The notes beneath the pieces are model-generated. The model was given only the letters and a program-made list of their open reading frames with translations, was not told the origin of the DNA and made no database searches. DNA of 62,896 nt, the filler included, from Rhabdomonas costata (Eukaryota): NCBI GenBank assembly GCA_019059605.1. It is 50 parts of 50 records of this genome, joined end to end, with 100 filler letters (N's around TTAATTAATTAA, not from the genome) between each part and the next. Parts side by side here need not be neighbours in the genome. Positions count along the whole stretch, not along the records: positions 11,338 to 12,497 come from JAHMHO010025698.1; positions 12,598 to 13,757 come from JAHMHO010025699.1; positions 13,858 to 15,017 come from JAHMHO010025700.1; positions 15,118 to 16,268 come from JAHMHO010025701.1; positions 16,369 to 17,526 come from JAHMHO010025702.1; positions 17,627 to 18,786 come from JAHMHO010025703.1; positions 18,887 to 20,046 come from JAHMHO010025704.1; positions 20,147 to 21,306 come from JAHMHO010025705.1; 42 more parts are not named here. One strand, given 5' to 3'. Within the stretch, counting starts at the first letter, position 1. Each line of letters begins with the position of its first letter. Positions 12,006 through 24,106 of this stretch are shown here, piece by piece. Position numbers and translations under genes: made by a program.

Positions 12006-13210
12006 GTATATGTATATGTGTGTACGCGCGCCCCACTTGCGGTTGAAATGTGTATCAGTCGAGACTTCGCCCACCTGTGGCATGGGCGCATATGATGTGT
12101 GCCTGGTAGAAGCGCGCGGTGGCATATTTCGGACGAAAAACACAAAGTCGGGAAGCATGTAAACCTTTTTCATTCGTATACATTGCATGAGTGCGCACAC
12201 CACATAACATATGTGGTTGCGGGAAACGTGGAAAGCACGAAAACGACGAGGAAGCATTGGCGTGAAGGTGATTCTGAAGAAAACAAAGTTTTATTTTTTA
12301 CGTTCATGAAAAATTTGTAAAGCATGCCTGCCTACAATTCTCCCAACGGAAACTGCCTTGAAGCCGCCTGCAGACACCACCTTTCCTCTTTCCAATTGGC
12401 TTATGCCTCATGGCTCTTATTTGGCATGTTAATCGCTGGTCCGCGAACAATCGCTGCAGCGATCGTAACCCTTTTACTGCCGTTGAACAAAACAAACNNN
12501 NNNNNNNNNNNNNNNNNNNNNNNNNNNNNNNNNNNNNNNNNTTAATTAATTAANNNNNNNNNNNNNNNNNNNNNNNNNNNNNNNNNNNNNNNNNNNNTGT
12601 GAATTTGGTAACCGGCTGTTTGTTTAGAAGGAAGGTTAATACATAGCCATGTGGTATGGTGCAGTTCTGAGTTTACGGTGTACTTCTGTTTATTGTAACA
12701 TACGACCAACTTTCCCCAGGACTATAGAAAATAAGAACTAGATAATTTTCGGTATATTGAGGAGGCCCATTTTGTGCAGACCTTGCGGAATGCCGTGCGC
12801 ATTTCTCCCCTGTACCAGCCCAAACCAGATGTTTTCAATGAATCCAGATGGCAGAGTTGAGGCACTTTCAGTGGACATTTCCAGGTCATCTAATTGGTAC
12901 CATAGCTGCCAACGGGTGTTTGTGTAATTTGGTCGTTATTCGGCATGGAATGCCCGTGATAATGGCATCATTGTCATGTCTGCTATCGTGAGATGCGCCA
13001 TGCTGGACGCTGTCATATCGTAAGAAAGGCTAGAACGTGAGGCGACGGGTTGATGGCGTTCACCCTTTCGACTCAGCTTGTTCTCTCATGGCTGCGGGCC
13101 GCCATCCGTCCCCCTAATTTAATGCTGTGCCAGTCGCCCTGCAAAGTCCCAACACTGTTGCTTGCTAAAAGTCCCCTCTCAAAGGATGTAAAATACGTCA
13201 TTGCGAACAG

Positions 13211-13757
13211 GTGCTTCGCGTCCAGAATCACCTCTTGCAGCAGGAGTACCTCCACCGCCAGAGCATGATCAAGTTGGAGAAGGCCGGAGGCCAACTGACC
13301 ATCGCTCCGCTCAGCCCTCCGGTGAGTCTATGCCCTGAAGGAAGCACCCTGATCCAAGGCCTCAACGAGGTCTTCCTCTTCCACGGCTGCGACGCCACGG
13401 TAGTGCCGGGGATCCTGCAGCAGGGCCTCGACCTTCGCCTAGCCAAGGACGGGCTGTACGGCCGAGGGATCTACTTCGCGCAGGAGGCCTGCAAGTCCCT
13501 GGCCTACAGCCGAGTCGCCAACCAAGACGGGCACCGGTGCCTGCTGTACTGCCGGGTCACCCTTGGGCTGGTGGCGTATGCCAGCGGAAAGTGCGAGGAC
13601 TTGAAGCGCCCCCCAGAAACCGACACTCAGGGAATTCTGCATGACAGCCTTGTAGTGAACTCGGGGATCCCCAATGGTGTGGGCGGGGCTGCGGGGCGGC
13701 AGATCCACCGGGAGTTCGTCATTCAAGATCCAAGCGAAACGGCGCTTACAACCAACA
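13211..13757 (+). CDS. PARP-family ADP-ribosyltransferase catalytic domain (tankyrase/PARP12-like, partial)
   Basis: CAG acceptor, then LRVQN...NEVFLFHG...GLDLRLA..GLYGRGIYFAQEACKSLAYS...LLYCRVTLG...KRPP...HDSLV...HREFVI. Confidence 0.92.
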
Positions 13758-13895
13758 NNNNNNNNNNNNNNNNNNNNNNNNNNNNNNNNNNNNNNNNNNN
13801 NTTAATTAATTAANNNNNNNNNNNNNNNNNNNNNNNNNNNNNNNNNNNNNNNNNNNNGGTTGTTGGGAATGGAAGCGGTACGAAATAGGGTGCAC

Positions 13896-14045
13896 CTGGA
13901 AGGCCGAAGGGGTGACCGTCTGAGGAGAAGGTGGGGCGTAGCACGGGGGGATGTGCAGCGGCTGCCTGATACGGGAACTGTGCCGCAGCCAGGGCCCACT
14001 ACAGTACTTCGGGACGAACATAGGGGAGGGCATTGAGGACGCCAT
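13896..14045 (-). CDS. Possible first coding exon of an unidentified Pro-rich protein
   Basis: ATG after a pyrimidine-rich leader, then 50 codons ending CAG|GTGCAC. Confidence 0.3.
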
Positions 14046-15225
14046 TTTCCCTCCGCAGAGACGACAAAACGGGGGAAAAAAGTTGAGAGGGGATTTCACA
14101 AGCACACTCTGCCTCTGCAGCGAACAAGGCGAAGTCAAGAAGTCAAGGAAGCACGACCATGGAGCAACCTAAATCTTTTGCGAGCTGGCCTCTTTCATTG
14201 GCAAAACTCGTCAATAACCCCCCACACACACACACACGCACTGGCAATCCACACGTATTGTTACATTTCAATCGACAAAAAATGACATGCCCAAGTTTTA
14301 CAACACAGACAGGTTAGTTAAGAATATCCTCACGGCCAACCCCAATTGAAAGGCTTCACAAAACACCCCTTTGCACGCGTATCGCCTTTTGCATGAAGCC
14401 AACGTGGTTTGTTCCCAAACCCATATTGCAATTCTCGTTTCTGGTATCAATACCGTGCAGACATTGGTATGTTTCCGTTGAACACTTTCTCGCCGAATCG
14501 TTGTCAGATTCGGAGCCTCCAAATAGTCTCCTGAAAGTTCATAGTCCCACTTGCGGCGCTCATACCCACCATCTCAGTTCCCTGTCCCTAATTCAAAGAA
14601 GAAAAACATCCCAGTTCGTCCTTTTTTTCGTTTTCGCAATACAGGTGCTCACATAATGGACAGTCCTCATACTTTGAAGCGAAATGGACAATGCCATGGG
14701 TTCCAGAAAACTACGATCCAAAAAAGAGGTCCAGCTGCACAAGAAGCCCCCGCTCTTTCCAAAGATCTTCAGAACAACCATCATGAAGGATCGGAGCTTC
14801 CCACAGGGAATGGCCCAGGGTGACTCCCTGCCACTGAAGGGGTCCAATTTTCCCCCAGGAACGGTCACGACATAGCAGTGCCAGCAAAAAGCATCGAGGC
14901 ACCAAAAACGGGAAATAAAACGGGAAGGGGGAAAACACCGAACGAGGAGCGAGGCGTATCCACAGACACACCTCTGTTCTGCCACTGAAAAAAAAAGGCA
15001 CTTATGTACAACAAAAANNNNNNNNNNNNNNNNNNNNNNNNNNNNNNNNNNNNNNNNNNNNTTAATTAATTAANNNNNNNNNNNNNNNNNNNNNNNNNNN
15101 NNNNNNNNNNNNNNNNNTTTGGTGTCACGAGAGGGTGTACTTGTGCAAGGCCCCGCGCGCATTTCCAACAGTTACATCAAAGAAACATCTGTATTTTGGG
15201 CCTCCCCTTTGACAAGCCGGCTGAC

Positions 15226-16217
15226 CTCAAGCTCAGCGTACGGGGAGTCCGGGGCCACGGCGTCCCCGTCGGCCACCAGGAACCGCACCAGCTTCCCAGG
15301 CACCGTGGTGCGCAGCTTAGTGGGGTCGTCGTCGTGGGTGAAGGTCACGGTGCGGCCGTCCAGGTTGAGGCGGTACCCGTTGGGGTCGTTCTCGGCGTAC
15401 ACGATGTGGGTTTTCAAGCCGAGGTACACCAGCATCCCTCGGTCCTTCAGCAACCGCACATCCACCTGTTTGGCGAAAAGAAAGCGAGAGGTACGTAGTC
15501 ACTCCGATAGCCGAAAATGGCCGGAACCACGGATGGCAGCAGGGGAAAGAGTGAAAGAGCGAACAAACGCCAGGCTACTCTGACACATGCGGTGGGCAGA
15601 GGGAAGAAAGAACGGGAGGGTAGGAAAGAAGAGGGTTAAGGTTCGACAAGACAACAGCGCGGTTCGGGGACAGAGATGACTATGTAAAAGTCACTACCTG
15701 CGAAGGGCAGGTTCTTACGGTACCAATTTGCTGCTGTGTTGTACAGATGACTTTTCCATTGTGGACAAGGGCAGCTGCCCGCACAGCTAGGTTGCTGTAC
15801 CATTGTTCAGGTCTTGGCATAGCGTCAGTGCCACCCTTCAAATAATGGCTTAATACAGATTTGGCAGAAGAACCAAAAAGGCAACCCCAATCCAACACAA
15901 GCATCACAGCATTCAAGTGTGTGGCACCCACCCATCGTGCCCAAGGCAATCGCCCACTCGACCACCCCAGCACCAGAAGCTTACGCTGAGGAGGAAGCTT
16001 TTGAAAATCACACAGGACAAGGTGTATTTCCCACAGCGTGGGGAAAAGGCCAGAAGGGGACAAGGGGCAAAAGGCCAGAAAAAAAGGAACCCCCTAAACT
16101 GGGTCCCACCTGGATGTGGGAGTCGTGCAGGGCCAAGTCCCAGCCCGTGGGGCTGATTTTGGAGCCAAAGACGCGGTACTTGATGCCGTTCAGGATTAGC
16201 ACCTCAATGAAGCTCGT
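15226..16217 (-). CDS. ACC: Homomeric (eukaryotic) acetyl-CoA carboxylase, BT/BCCP region (partial, 2 exons)
   Basis: Exons ~16217-16110 (FIEVLILNGIKYRVFGSKISPTGWDLALHDSHIQ) and 15465-15226 (VDVRLLKDRGMLV...DDDPTKLRTTVPGKLVRFLVADG...PYAELE). The second ends just before the expected VMKM biotinylation motif. Confidence 0.93.
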
Positions 16218-16264
16218 GGTGCTAATCCTGAACGGCATCAAGTACCGGGTCTTTGGCTCCAAAA
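16157..16264. repeat. Terminal fold-back inverted repeat (47-bp arms, 1 mismatch); probable amplification chimera
   Basis: 16157-16203 is the reverse complement of 16218-16264. It duplicates ACC exon sequence at the contig end. Confidence 0.9.
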
Positions 16265-16535
16265 CAACNNNNNNNNNNNNNNNNNNNNNNNNNNNNNNNN
16301 NNNNNNNNNNNNTTAATTAATTAANNNNNNNNNNNNNNNNNNNNNNNNNNNNNNNNNNNNNNNNNNNNGTGGTTGTGGAGGGCTTCGTGTGTTTCCAGGT
16401 GCCAGGGGTGTAGGGAGGGGTGTCTTCAGGTGTCAAGGGCTGTAGAGTGGTGTCATGTGGTGAGGGATTCCTACGCGCATTGTAAAGGGCTGAAGATGTG
16501 AGGGGGGTTCTGGGGGCTTTTGTTTGCTGGTCGTA

Positions 16536-16952
16536 AGGTCGCTGCGCTCCCTCCCTCCCTAAGAGTGATGGTTCCCTCGCTCCACCGCTACGCGCTTCCG
16601 CTCGTCCACCCTTCCTACTCCCTACGGTCGTGTCTACTGCCTCCATGATGGTCCATTCCTACGTCATGGCCCATCATGTAGGGGTATTCGCTACGGCTAC
16701 GCCAGGACGGAGTGACACGTACCGGCTTATGCCGGGGAGTGGAACGAAGTGACGCGTAAGGTGAAGGGTTGTTGAAGGGCGTCACGTAAGCACCCTATGG
16801 TGGTGGAGTGAGGGGTGAGAGGGGAGAATGCATGCGAGGGACGGAGCATGCAGACGACCAGGGTAAGAGTGATGGTCGCATCTCCCTCCGATCGATGCTC
16901 CCTACATGTGGTGGTTCATGCCCTCCACCGCTACACGGCTACGGGCATTCAC
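16536..16952. repeat. G.A-mismatch hairpin element family H: copies at 16571-16609 (-), 16712-16745 (+), 16914-16952 (-), plus partner hairpins
   Basis: Consensus on the purine-rich strand is GTGA-stem-G(T/G)A-stem/loop-GGA-stem-GAAC. See findings. Confidence 0.8.
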
Positions 16953-19213
16953 ACGAGTCCAGGAACTCGAGGACGTCCTTTCACTGCTGAGTCGTGTAGG
17001 AATAACCTCTGTGGCCTCCCTCGGGGGGGGGGGTACAGCGAGAGTACGCGTCACACGCTTGCAAGCCGAATCGGTGCTCGTATGCGGCTCACAAGCGAAG
17101 GAAGCGAGGGCCTGCCAGAAGATCGGGACTTCATCTCGACCTCAGCCAGCGTGCAGCTTACTTGACGGATTCACACGAACATCAACGGCGTGCCGTTCAC
17201 GCTTTGTTTAGATTTTCAGCTTAAATCACACTCAGACCCCGTTTTTTATCCGATGTTGGCAGTGGTTGTGGTCGTTTACTTGCCCAACCTGCTTGTGAGA
17301 GAACTGAAGCATGGAAGGCTGCAAAATGCATCCAGACCAGAAAAATGCTTCGTCTTGGAGGGATCGAACCAGAGACGGTGCTGCGGAGGTAATGTTTCGC
17401 CTTTTGCACCCCCCCCCCTTCCGTCAGTCATTTGGTTTGATTATCAATTCATTATTCGAATCCAAATTTCGCCTGTAAACGTTCCCAAAAAAATCGCAGG
17501 CTGGGCTATTTCAACCCTGCCCCCAGNNNNNNNNNNNNNNNNNNNNNNNNNNNNNNNNNNNNNNNNNNNNTTAATTAATTAANNNNNNNNNNNNNNNNNN
17601 NNNNNNNNNNNNNNNNNNNNNNNNNNTGTTTTTTTTCTCAATCACTTTCGTTGACTTGTACTTTTTCCGCTCAGTATCATAGTGGTCTGCTACCTCCACT
17701 GTGCTTTTGTTTCTTGGACCCTCCTGTATCCAACTCCCTGTTAAACCTTTGCTTTTCACCCGTCCTGCCCTGTGGGCCAACTCCATGTACCCGTGTCGCG
17801 CTGATCTCTGCTCTTTACCGACCGCTGATCCAGTGACTCCTGTGTGTCCACCATCTTCTAACTTCCATCCTGCGTTCAACTCTGTTTGGTGGATCTCGTT
17901 CATTTCTGGACCAAACCTGGAAATTCCTTTGTTTGTTGCTGCTGGTGATTGGTTTGTGTGGACAGGGAAGGGAGGATCGGATTCGCGGGGACAAACGAAT
18001 TTGGGTGCAGGGGGCGTAACACCGTTAAATGTATAACGTTAAACACCGTCAAACACCAAAATGTTTCGTGTGAAGATTCCTGGCTAGGGGATTAGGCAAT
18101 GTGTGTGTACCGACTAGGTGGTGTTATTTTCCGAAGGGGGGTTGGGTATACTGTTCTACCCCTAGATGCCGACTTTTTGTTTTAAGATTTTCGACCGTTG
18201 GACGGTCGTAAACGCTTCTCACTGGTTAACGCCCTCACCTCACCCAAATACAGCAGCCCCAAATCATGAAGGACTTTCACAGCAGCCCAAGGCATCTCTG
18301 CAGGGGCGCTGCAGTTTCTACGGCGAGGTAGATTGATTGCAGAATGAGGGCCCATGCCATAACGTCCATGACTTCTCGTGCCCTGTAACACCGAGAGGAT
18401 GCGGAGCGAAGTACAAGGGGTCTTCACGTCAAGGCCTTCCTCTTATCTTTTCTTTTTCTGTGTGTGTTCGCGGTCCTGACCTCATACAAGATGGCATACA
18501 CCTTATCCACGCAGAGGTTGGGCAGCAACCTGTTCCTTGGGTCTGATGTATTCGTATCTCATTTTTTAATTCTGGAATGGGCGACATGGAGATGTGTGGA
18601 AGTTATCCGCGGAGCCCAAGCAGGCTGGCAATAGGCAAGAAAAAACAATTTGCGATTTTATCCCCTAGCAGGAGAAGAGCTGAGGTGTGTCTCATGAGTA
18701 TGTTTCCTTTGAAATCTGAAGGTGCCCTCCTCGCGACCTTTTCTTTGTTTGCACCGAACAATGGCAGCCAACTTCACCCAACACCANNNNNNNNNNNNNN
18801 NNNNNNNNNNNNNNNNNNNNNNNNNNNNNNTTAATTAATTAANNNNNNNNNNNNNNNNNNNNNNNNNNNNNNNNNNNNNNNNNNNNGGTGTCCTTGAGTC
18901 CTTTCAGGTGTTCCTCTCCCTTGATCGAGACAAGGATCCTGATCTTCTCCGGTATTGTTATTTTCGATCAGCTGTCTTTAGTCTTTTGTGCCTTTCCTTT
19001 GCCTGCTGAAGAGGTCTTTCAGCAGGAGACCTTCACCACGTCCTCGCTCATGGTGCTTTCGGGGTGTCGTTACGAGATGACAAGCTGTCATCAGGAGAGC
19101 GTTAACCCGGAATGTATGGGATGGAGAACGCGATGTGACCCTTACATAGGAAACTAGAAAGAAATGGTGAGTGAGAGTGAGTGAATGCGCTCAGATATGT
19201 GCCTCATTTTCAC

Positions 19214-19820
19214 CTGTATGGTCCGGCGGAAGGTGGGGAGGGCATTGAGCGAGATTGGCCCCACAATAGGGTCCACGTAGGAGAAGAAGTACAACAGTCT
19301 GGCAGCGTCTCTGCAGCAGTGAGCCCCCAAAAAGTCACACACAGATGTCACAAAAACAACAACGTCATCCTTTCAAGCAGATATCCAGCATAACCGTTTG
19401 AGCACCCCTGGTAGGCGTCGCACAAAAATTAAAAGTAAAAAGTGTCTGCCGTCCGCGAGTAAAAAAAAAACGAGGCCTAAGGGCGGTGTGCATTACCACT
19501 TAACTCAGTTGAACTCCATTCAAGTCCATTGTACCCCTTTGGCCCAAAAGGCGACTCCATTCCCCCTTGCAATGCGGATTTTGCTTTGCCTTGGCGCGAA
19601 GGTATTGATGGGCACATGTGAGGCAGAGAAAAGGGTGAGGTGAAAACTCGAACCCGTCGGGGTCCACCCAGTCACTCGTGACCAAGGTCAGCGTGTCCCC
19701 GGAAAGCACCACGGTCTGCAGCGGCAGGGTGACGTACGTAAGGTTGCCCCACACCGGTGGCGCGTTCACCACGATCCTCAGCTCGGCGTAGGCTGACTCG
19801 CTGGTGTCCGTGTTTGTCAC
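19214..19820 (-). CDS. REJ (PKD/REJ-like) domain protein (partial, 2 exons)
   Basis: Exons 19820-19654 and 19310-19214 (phase-2 join) give SAYAELRIVVNAPPVWGNL...TLTLVTSDWVDPDGDAARLLYFFSY. This matches the REJ 'VNxPPxxG...F.L...W.D.D..L.Y.F.Y' pattern. Confidence 0.75.
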
Positions 19821-21750
19821 CTTTGGAAACACCCCCCTCCCCTCGAAGGAATAAAATGACTTTACGATTCTCCCGTGGCAAGTCTGCTTTCATAGAAGAC
19901 GTTTCTTTTTGCGGTTTTGGGGTATGTGCTGGTGGAGATAGCAAGTATAGTAGGAAGTATCCCGTGAAAGGCACAGGAAAAGGAAGAAGCAAAAGATAGC
20001 GAAAGAGATATCAGCCGTGTTCAATGGGTGGGGACAACAAAAACAANNNNNNNNNNNNNNNNNNNNNNNNNNNNNNNNNNNNNNNNNNNNTTAATTAATT
20101 AANNNNNNNNNNNNNNNNNNNNNNNNNNNNNNNNNNNNNNNNNNNNGGGTTGGGGTGAGGAGCCTGTTGTTGAACTTGTCAATGCGGCCGAGTCCAGCGA
20201 CTGGCTGCAGCGTTCCTGACACCCGAGGTGACGGTGGCGCTGTTGGTGCAGACTCCTGAGCCTGAAGCTTCGGGCTGGGTGCCGCTGTCCAACTCAAAAC
20301 GCCCTTCCAAGGAAGAGGAGAATTCTTCATACCAAAAGAGGGGGAGGGGAGGTGTGCGTTCGTGCGTTAGAGACTGATAGAGAGAAAGAGGGTTTCCAGT
20401 ACAATTACAACCGATGGGAAAGGAAGAGGACAGCACCGAGCAACACAGACAGTACATGCGCAGAGGGCGGCACATCGGAAGAGATAGCCAAGGCAAATCA
20501 GAAAATGAAAAGAGATGAAATAGTGAGCATCCCGAGACAAACGATCCATCGCAGAGGCATTACAACAAAGCAAGCAACACAGAAGAAGACCACCAAATCG
20601 GCAACAAAAGGAGTCCAACCACAAGCGAAGATCGGGGGGGGGGGGCGGGGCGGAAATAAATCTGAAATAAACCGCGCAAAAGTCACCTCGTGTAGGGGTT
20701 TGGGTTGTTCACAACTGCACAATTCCACAGGGGCAAATTTAGAGCAGCGACAGGTTTCGTGCAACCTGATGCTTGAAAGAAGCGGTAAATCATAACGGAG
20801 AGCATCCAGCACACGAGTCACATCCCTACGCAAACGACCCCACTTCCATCACATAATTTAATAATCCATCCAGCACATAATTTCCACAGCCCTACACAAA
20901 CGACGCTGCGTCAGAATATCTAAGGAATGAACAGCGGCTATTGTCCTTGCTCTTCATCCAATAAGCTTCCGCCTTCGGCAATAGGCTCCCATATCGCTCC
21001 GCCTCAGCCGAAACACAGTGGAAGCCATAGAAGCACAGTCACTAGCCACACCAAAACAGATAAGCCACAAAAGGACGACCCGTCTCGCGAAGCGGCACTG
21101 CCTCGAAAGGATGAACAACAACACAGCACACAAAGGCATTCAAAAGTGTCTCCATATCCACACACACACACAATCACAGAAAGTGACGCGCACACTGTGA
21201 AGTGTGCATATCCGCACAGTGGCAGTGGTGCAAAGAGAAAGTATGGCCACTCAAGGGAAATAGTCTTCCAAAAAACTCGTGTACATATAAAAACGTCACA
21301 AAAACANNNNNNNNNNNNNNNNNNNNNNNNNNNNNNNNNNNNNNNNNNNNTTAATTAATTAANNNNNNNNNNNNNNNNNNNNNNNNNNNNNNNNNNNNNN
21401 NNNNNNGGGGTGGGGGTGTATAAGTACACACCAGTGGGGCCTGCACATCTGAATGTCGCAGTGCACATGTGCCGTGGGCTGCTGACAAGCAGTCCCACTC
21501 GCTCCCCTGTGCTTTTATCCGTTGGGTTTCGTTCAGCTCCGCGCCGCCTTTGCGCTTGGTTTTGTGTCTACGATTGCAGTCATGCGCAGGCCGCACTTCG
21601 CTCGTATTCACTTTTTATCCAATGGCTGGAAGTTTTATTGTGAACGAGGCTCGGCATACGGCCTAAAGTATCGCCTTTTTTGACTTGGGACGGTGAGAAG
21701 ATAAGAGGATGGGCGCGAGCCTAAAAGGTGTTCCTCCCTTTTGCTCGCAG

Positions 21751-21905
21751 CCTCAGCCTGCTGTCGCGGCCGAAGAGCACCCTGCCGTGATATCCTTCTT
21801 CGCGGAGGTGGAGGTGCAAAGGGCGGGCTCCCAGCGCGCCGTGGAGGCCCAGATGGCCGACCTGCTCCGCTTCGAACTCTCAGAGCGCAACGCGATTGTG
21901 CTGAG
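21751..21905 (+). CDS. Exon of an unidentified helical protein
   Basis: CAG acceptor and GTGGAC donor; GC-rich frame ...FFAEVEVQRAGSQRAVEAQMADLLRFELSERNAIVL. Confidence 0.5.
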
Positions 21906-22385
21906 GTGGACGCCTGTTGCCCACTCCCACCCCCAACCCATTCCCATCATGGCGGTGGAAAGGTCTCCTTGGTCCGCACCAACCAGGACCCCCAGCAAGG
22001 AGTGCAAACTTTAAAAGTGTGCTTCCATTTCAGAATCCGAAGGGTGTGGAGATGGACGCGTCCGGCTAAAGATTTCAGCGAGAACATCAAAACGAATTCC
22101 TCCCTCGTCATTTCTTACGCATGTTCAGTCTCGCCTGCAGGGGTGCAAGAATAGGGGTGGGGCACCAATGGCGCCCGTCTACGGGGCGAATCCCAGCGTA
22201 ACGTGAACTGTCGTGTGGGTATCATCAGTCTCGAATCCCCTAACCTCCGCTGCGGCGTACCCTACCACCTTCAAACAAGTCGCAACATCAGCAAGCGCGC
22301 TCTTTGCCTAAAACACACATACGGACATGCGCAGGCACACACACGACTCACACGTGGACTCGTGGAAGGGAGGTACCGCATGTGG

Positions 22386-22490
22386 AAGGTTCGGCGGTGA
22401 GCCGGTTACGGTTCCCCACGGCACCGCTCGCTCCCAAGGAACCGCTCGCGAACACCCGTGGCCAACAGCACACGCGCACGTCAATCCACA
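22386..22490 (+). repeat. Interspersed repeat family R2
   Basis: Reverse-complement match to 41587-41692 (GTTCGGCGGTGAGCCGGTT..GGTTCCCCACGGCACCG..CACCCGTGGCCAACAGC). Both copies lie near a (CA/GT)n tract. Confidence 0.85.
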
Positions 22491-22529
22491 GCGGTTGCCA
22501 GCAAACAGTCAGGCACACAGCCAGCGCCC

Positions 22530-22565
<36 letters not shown>

Positions 22566-23257
22566 CNNNNNNNNNNNNNNNNNNNNNNNNNNNNNNNNNN
22601 NNNNNNNNNNTTAATTAATTAANNNNNNNNNNNNNNNNNNNNNNNNNNNNNNNNNNNNNNNNNNNNGTGGTGGGTGTGTTTGGTGGGTGGTTGTACTGCC
22701 GCTGCGGAGACGAAAACATATAACGATGTAGTGTAACGATGCAGTGCGAGATAACCTGGCAATACAGTATGACTCTTAGCAGCATGAGTGACCGGCGCGA
22801 AAGCAAAGGGGCATCGGGAAAAATAAGGAAGAGGAGGCTGGGATGAAGTGCGGTACGACTGTGTAATCCATCTCCCAGCCCCCTCCCCCTCCCCTTTCCT
22901 TCCACGGCACGCTCTCTGCCTTTGTCAGAACACGGTGTCCCAGGCCCTTACTTTTCACTGTTATATCCAGGACCAAGTTATAGTCTTGTATTTCTTTATG
23001 AATGCTCCCATCTGGAGTGACCAATGTAATCCGGTCATATGCCGAACGGTCAGAAATCCACGACTTTTCAGAGTCTTTTTCACAACCAGCTTTCCAAACT
23101 TTCGATTCGCTGCAGGTTCTTACTGACGTTCACAGCTGAGGGCGCAGCCGTAGCAGGCGGTTAATGCGGGACGTTGCTTGGAGGCGCAGCCTGTGGTATT
23201 CGGTGTGCGTTTTAAAGTGATCAAGCGGTCGGGGGGGGGGGGCGTGTCGATATGCAC

Positions 23258-23419
23258 CTGCAAGGCCTCCTTGCGCTTGTGCCGCAGCTGCACCCCATCA
23301 CCGTCCCGGCCGAGCAGCCCGCGGGCCATCCCGGATAAGAAGGTCGGGATCCCAAGACCCGCGACGGCCTCGCGGAGGCCCCCACCGCCGCCCTCTTCGC
23401 GCACGGAGTGCAGCATGGC
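23258..23419 (-). CDS. ILVBL: Acetolactate synthase-like protein / 2-hydroxyacyl-CoA lyase 2 (one exon)
   Basis: 162-nt phase-0 exon AMLH...[40 protein letters not shown]. 'LR.AV..LG(I/V)[12 protein letters not shown]' is the ILVBL/HACL2 motif as remembered. Confidence 0.8.
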
Positions 23420-23544
23420 CTGTCCGCGGGGTCCCCACCACCACCCAAGTAAAGCATCACATCACCAAAACCAATGCACTGTTCGAGGCTGGGGATCAGG
23501 AAACCCCCTTCTATCGCCGCGGATTTGGGGAATTGCACAGCTCT

Positions 23545-23727
23545 CTTTCTAAAGTGTGTGTGTGTGTGTGTGTGTGTGTGATTGTTTTCGAGTTTCCACA
23601 CACGCAACTACGCAAGCGCGCCCGAAATCAAGAAAACAAAGGGGGACTTCTTCAGCGAAACAAACCTGCACATGACAGCAGCAGGGAACTGCGTCAGGTG
23701 CAGTCGGTTTCTGTCCCCGGTCCACAC
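23545..23727 (+). repeat. Interspersed repeat family R3
   Basis: About 150-nt direct match to 55191-55348 (TGATTGTTTTCGAGTTTCCAC...AAAGGGGGACTTCTTCAGCGAAACAAACC...GTCCCCGGTCCACA). Confidence 0.9.
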
Positions 23728-23926
23728 ACAAGAACTATACAGAATAAGTTCACCCCTTTCCCCCGCCCGACCACCTCACTGAAACCTACTCACGTCCACC
23801 GCCTCAAGGCGGGAGCTTTTCTTATGNNNNNNNNNNNNNNNNNNNNNNNNNNNNNNNNNNNNNNNNNNNNTTAATTAATTAANNNNNNNNNNNNNNNNNN
23901 NNNNNNNNNNNNNNNNNNNNNNNNNN

Positions 23927-24067
23927 CGTTGCCCTGAAGAAGTGCTTCGACGCCTTCCAGAACTCCACTGATGCCCAGCGAACGTTCCGTGAGATCATGT
24001 TTCTTCAGGTCTCCAACCTCTCTCTCGACTTCTCTCTCCCTTATTCTCTTTCACTCATCACTGTTCT

Positions 24068-24106
<39 letters not shown>

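Noticed and set aside
16157-16264. Long near-perfect palindromes here and at 36305-36441, 38867-38963 and 46629-46937 as hairpin RNAs or linear-replicon ends
   Set aside because: All abut contig ends and are essentially perfect, and this one duplicates an ACC coding exon. This is the signature of amplification fold-back chimeras.
17627-17910. Purine-rich minus-strand ORF vaguely like a non-LTR retrotransposon endonuclease N-terminus
   Set aside because: No diagnostic catalytic motifs (QET, GDFN, SDH) are visible; it cannot be supported without an HMM search.
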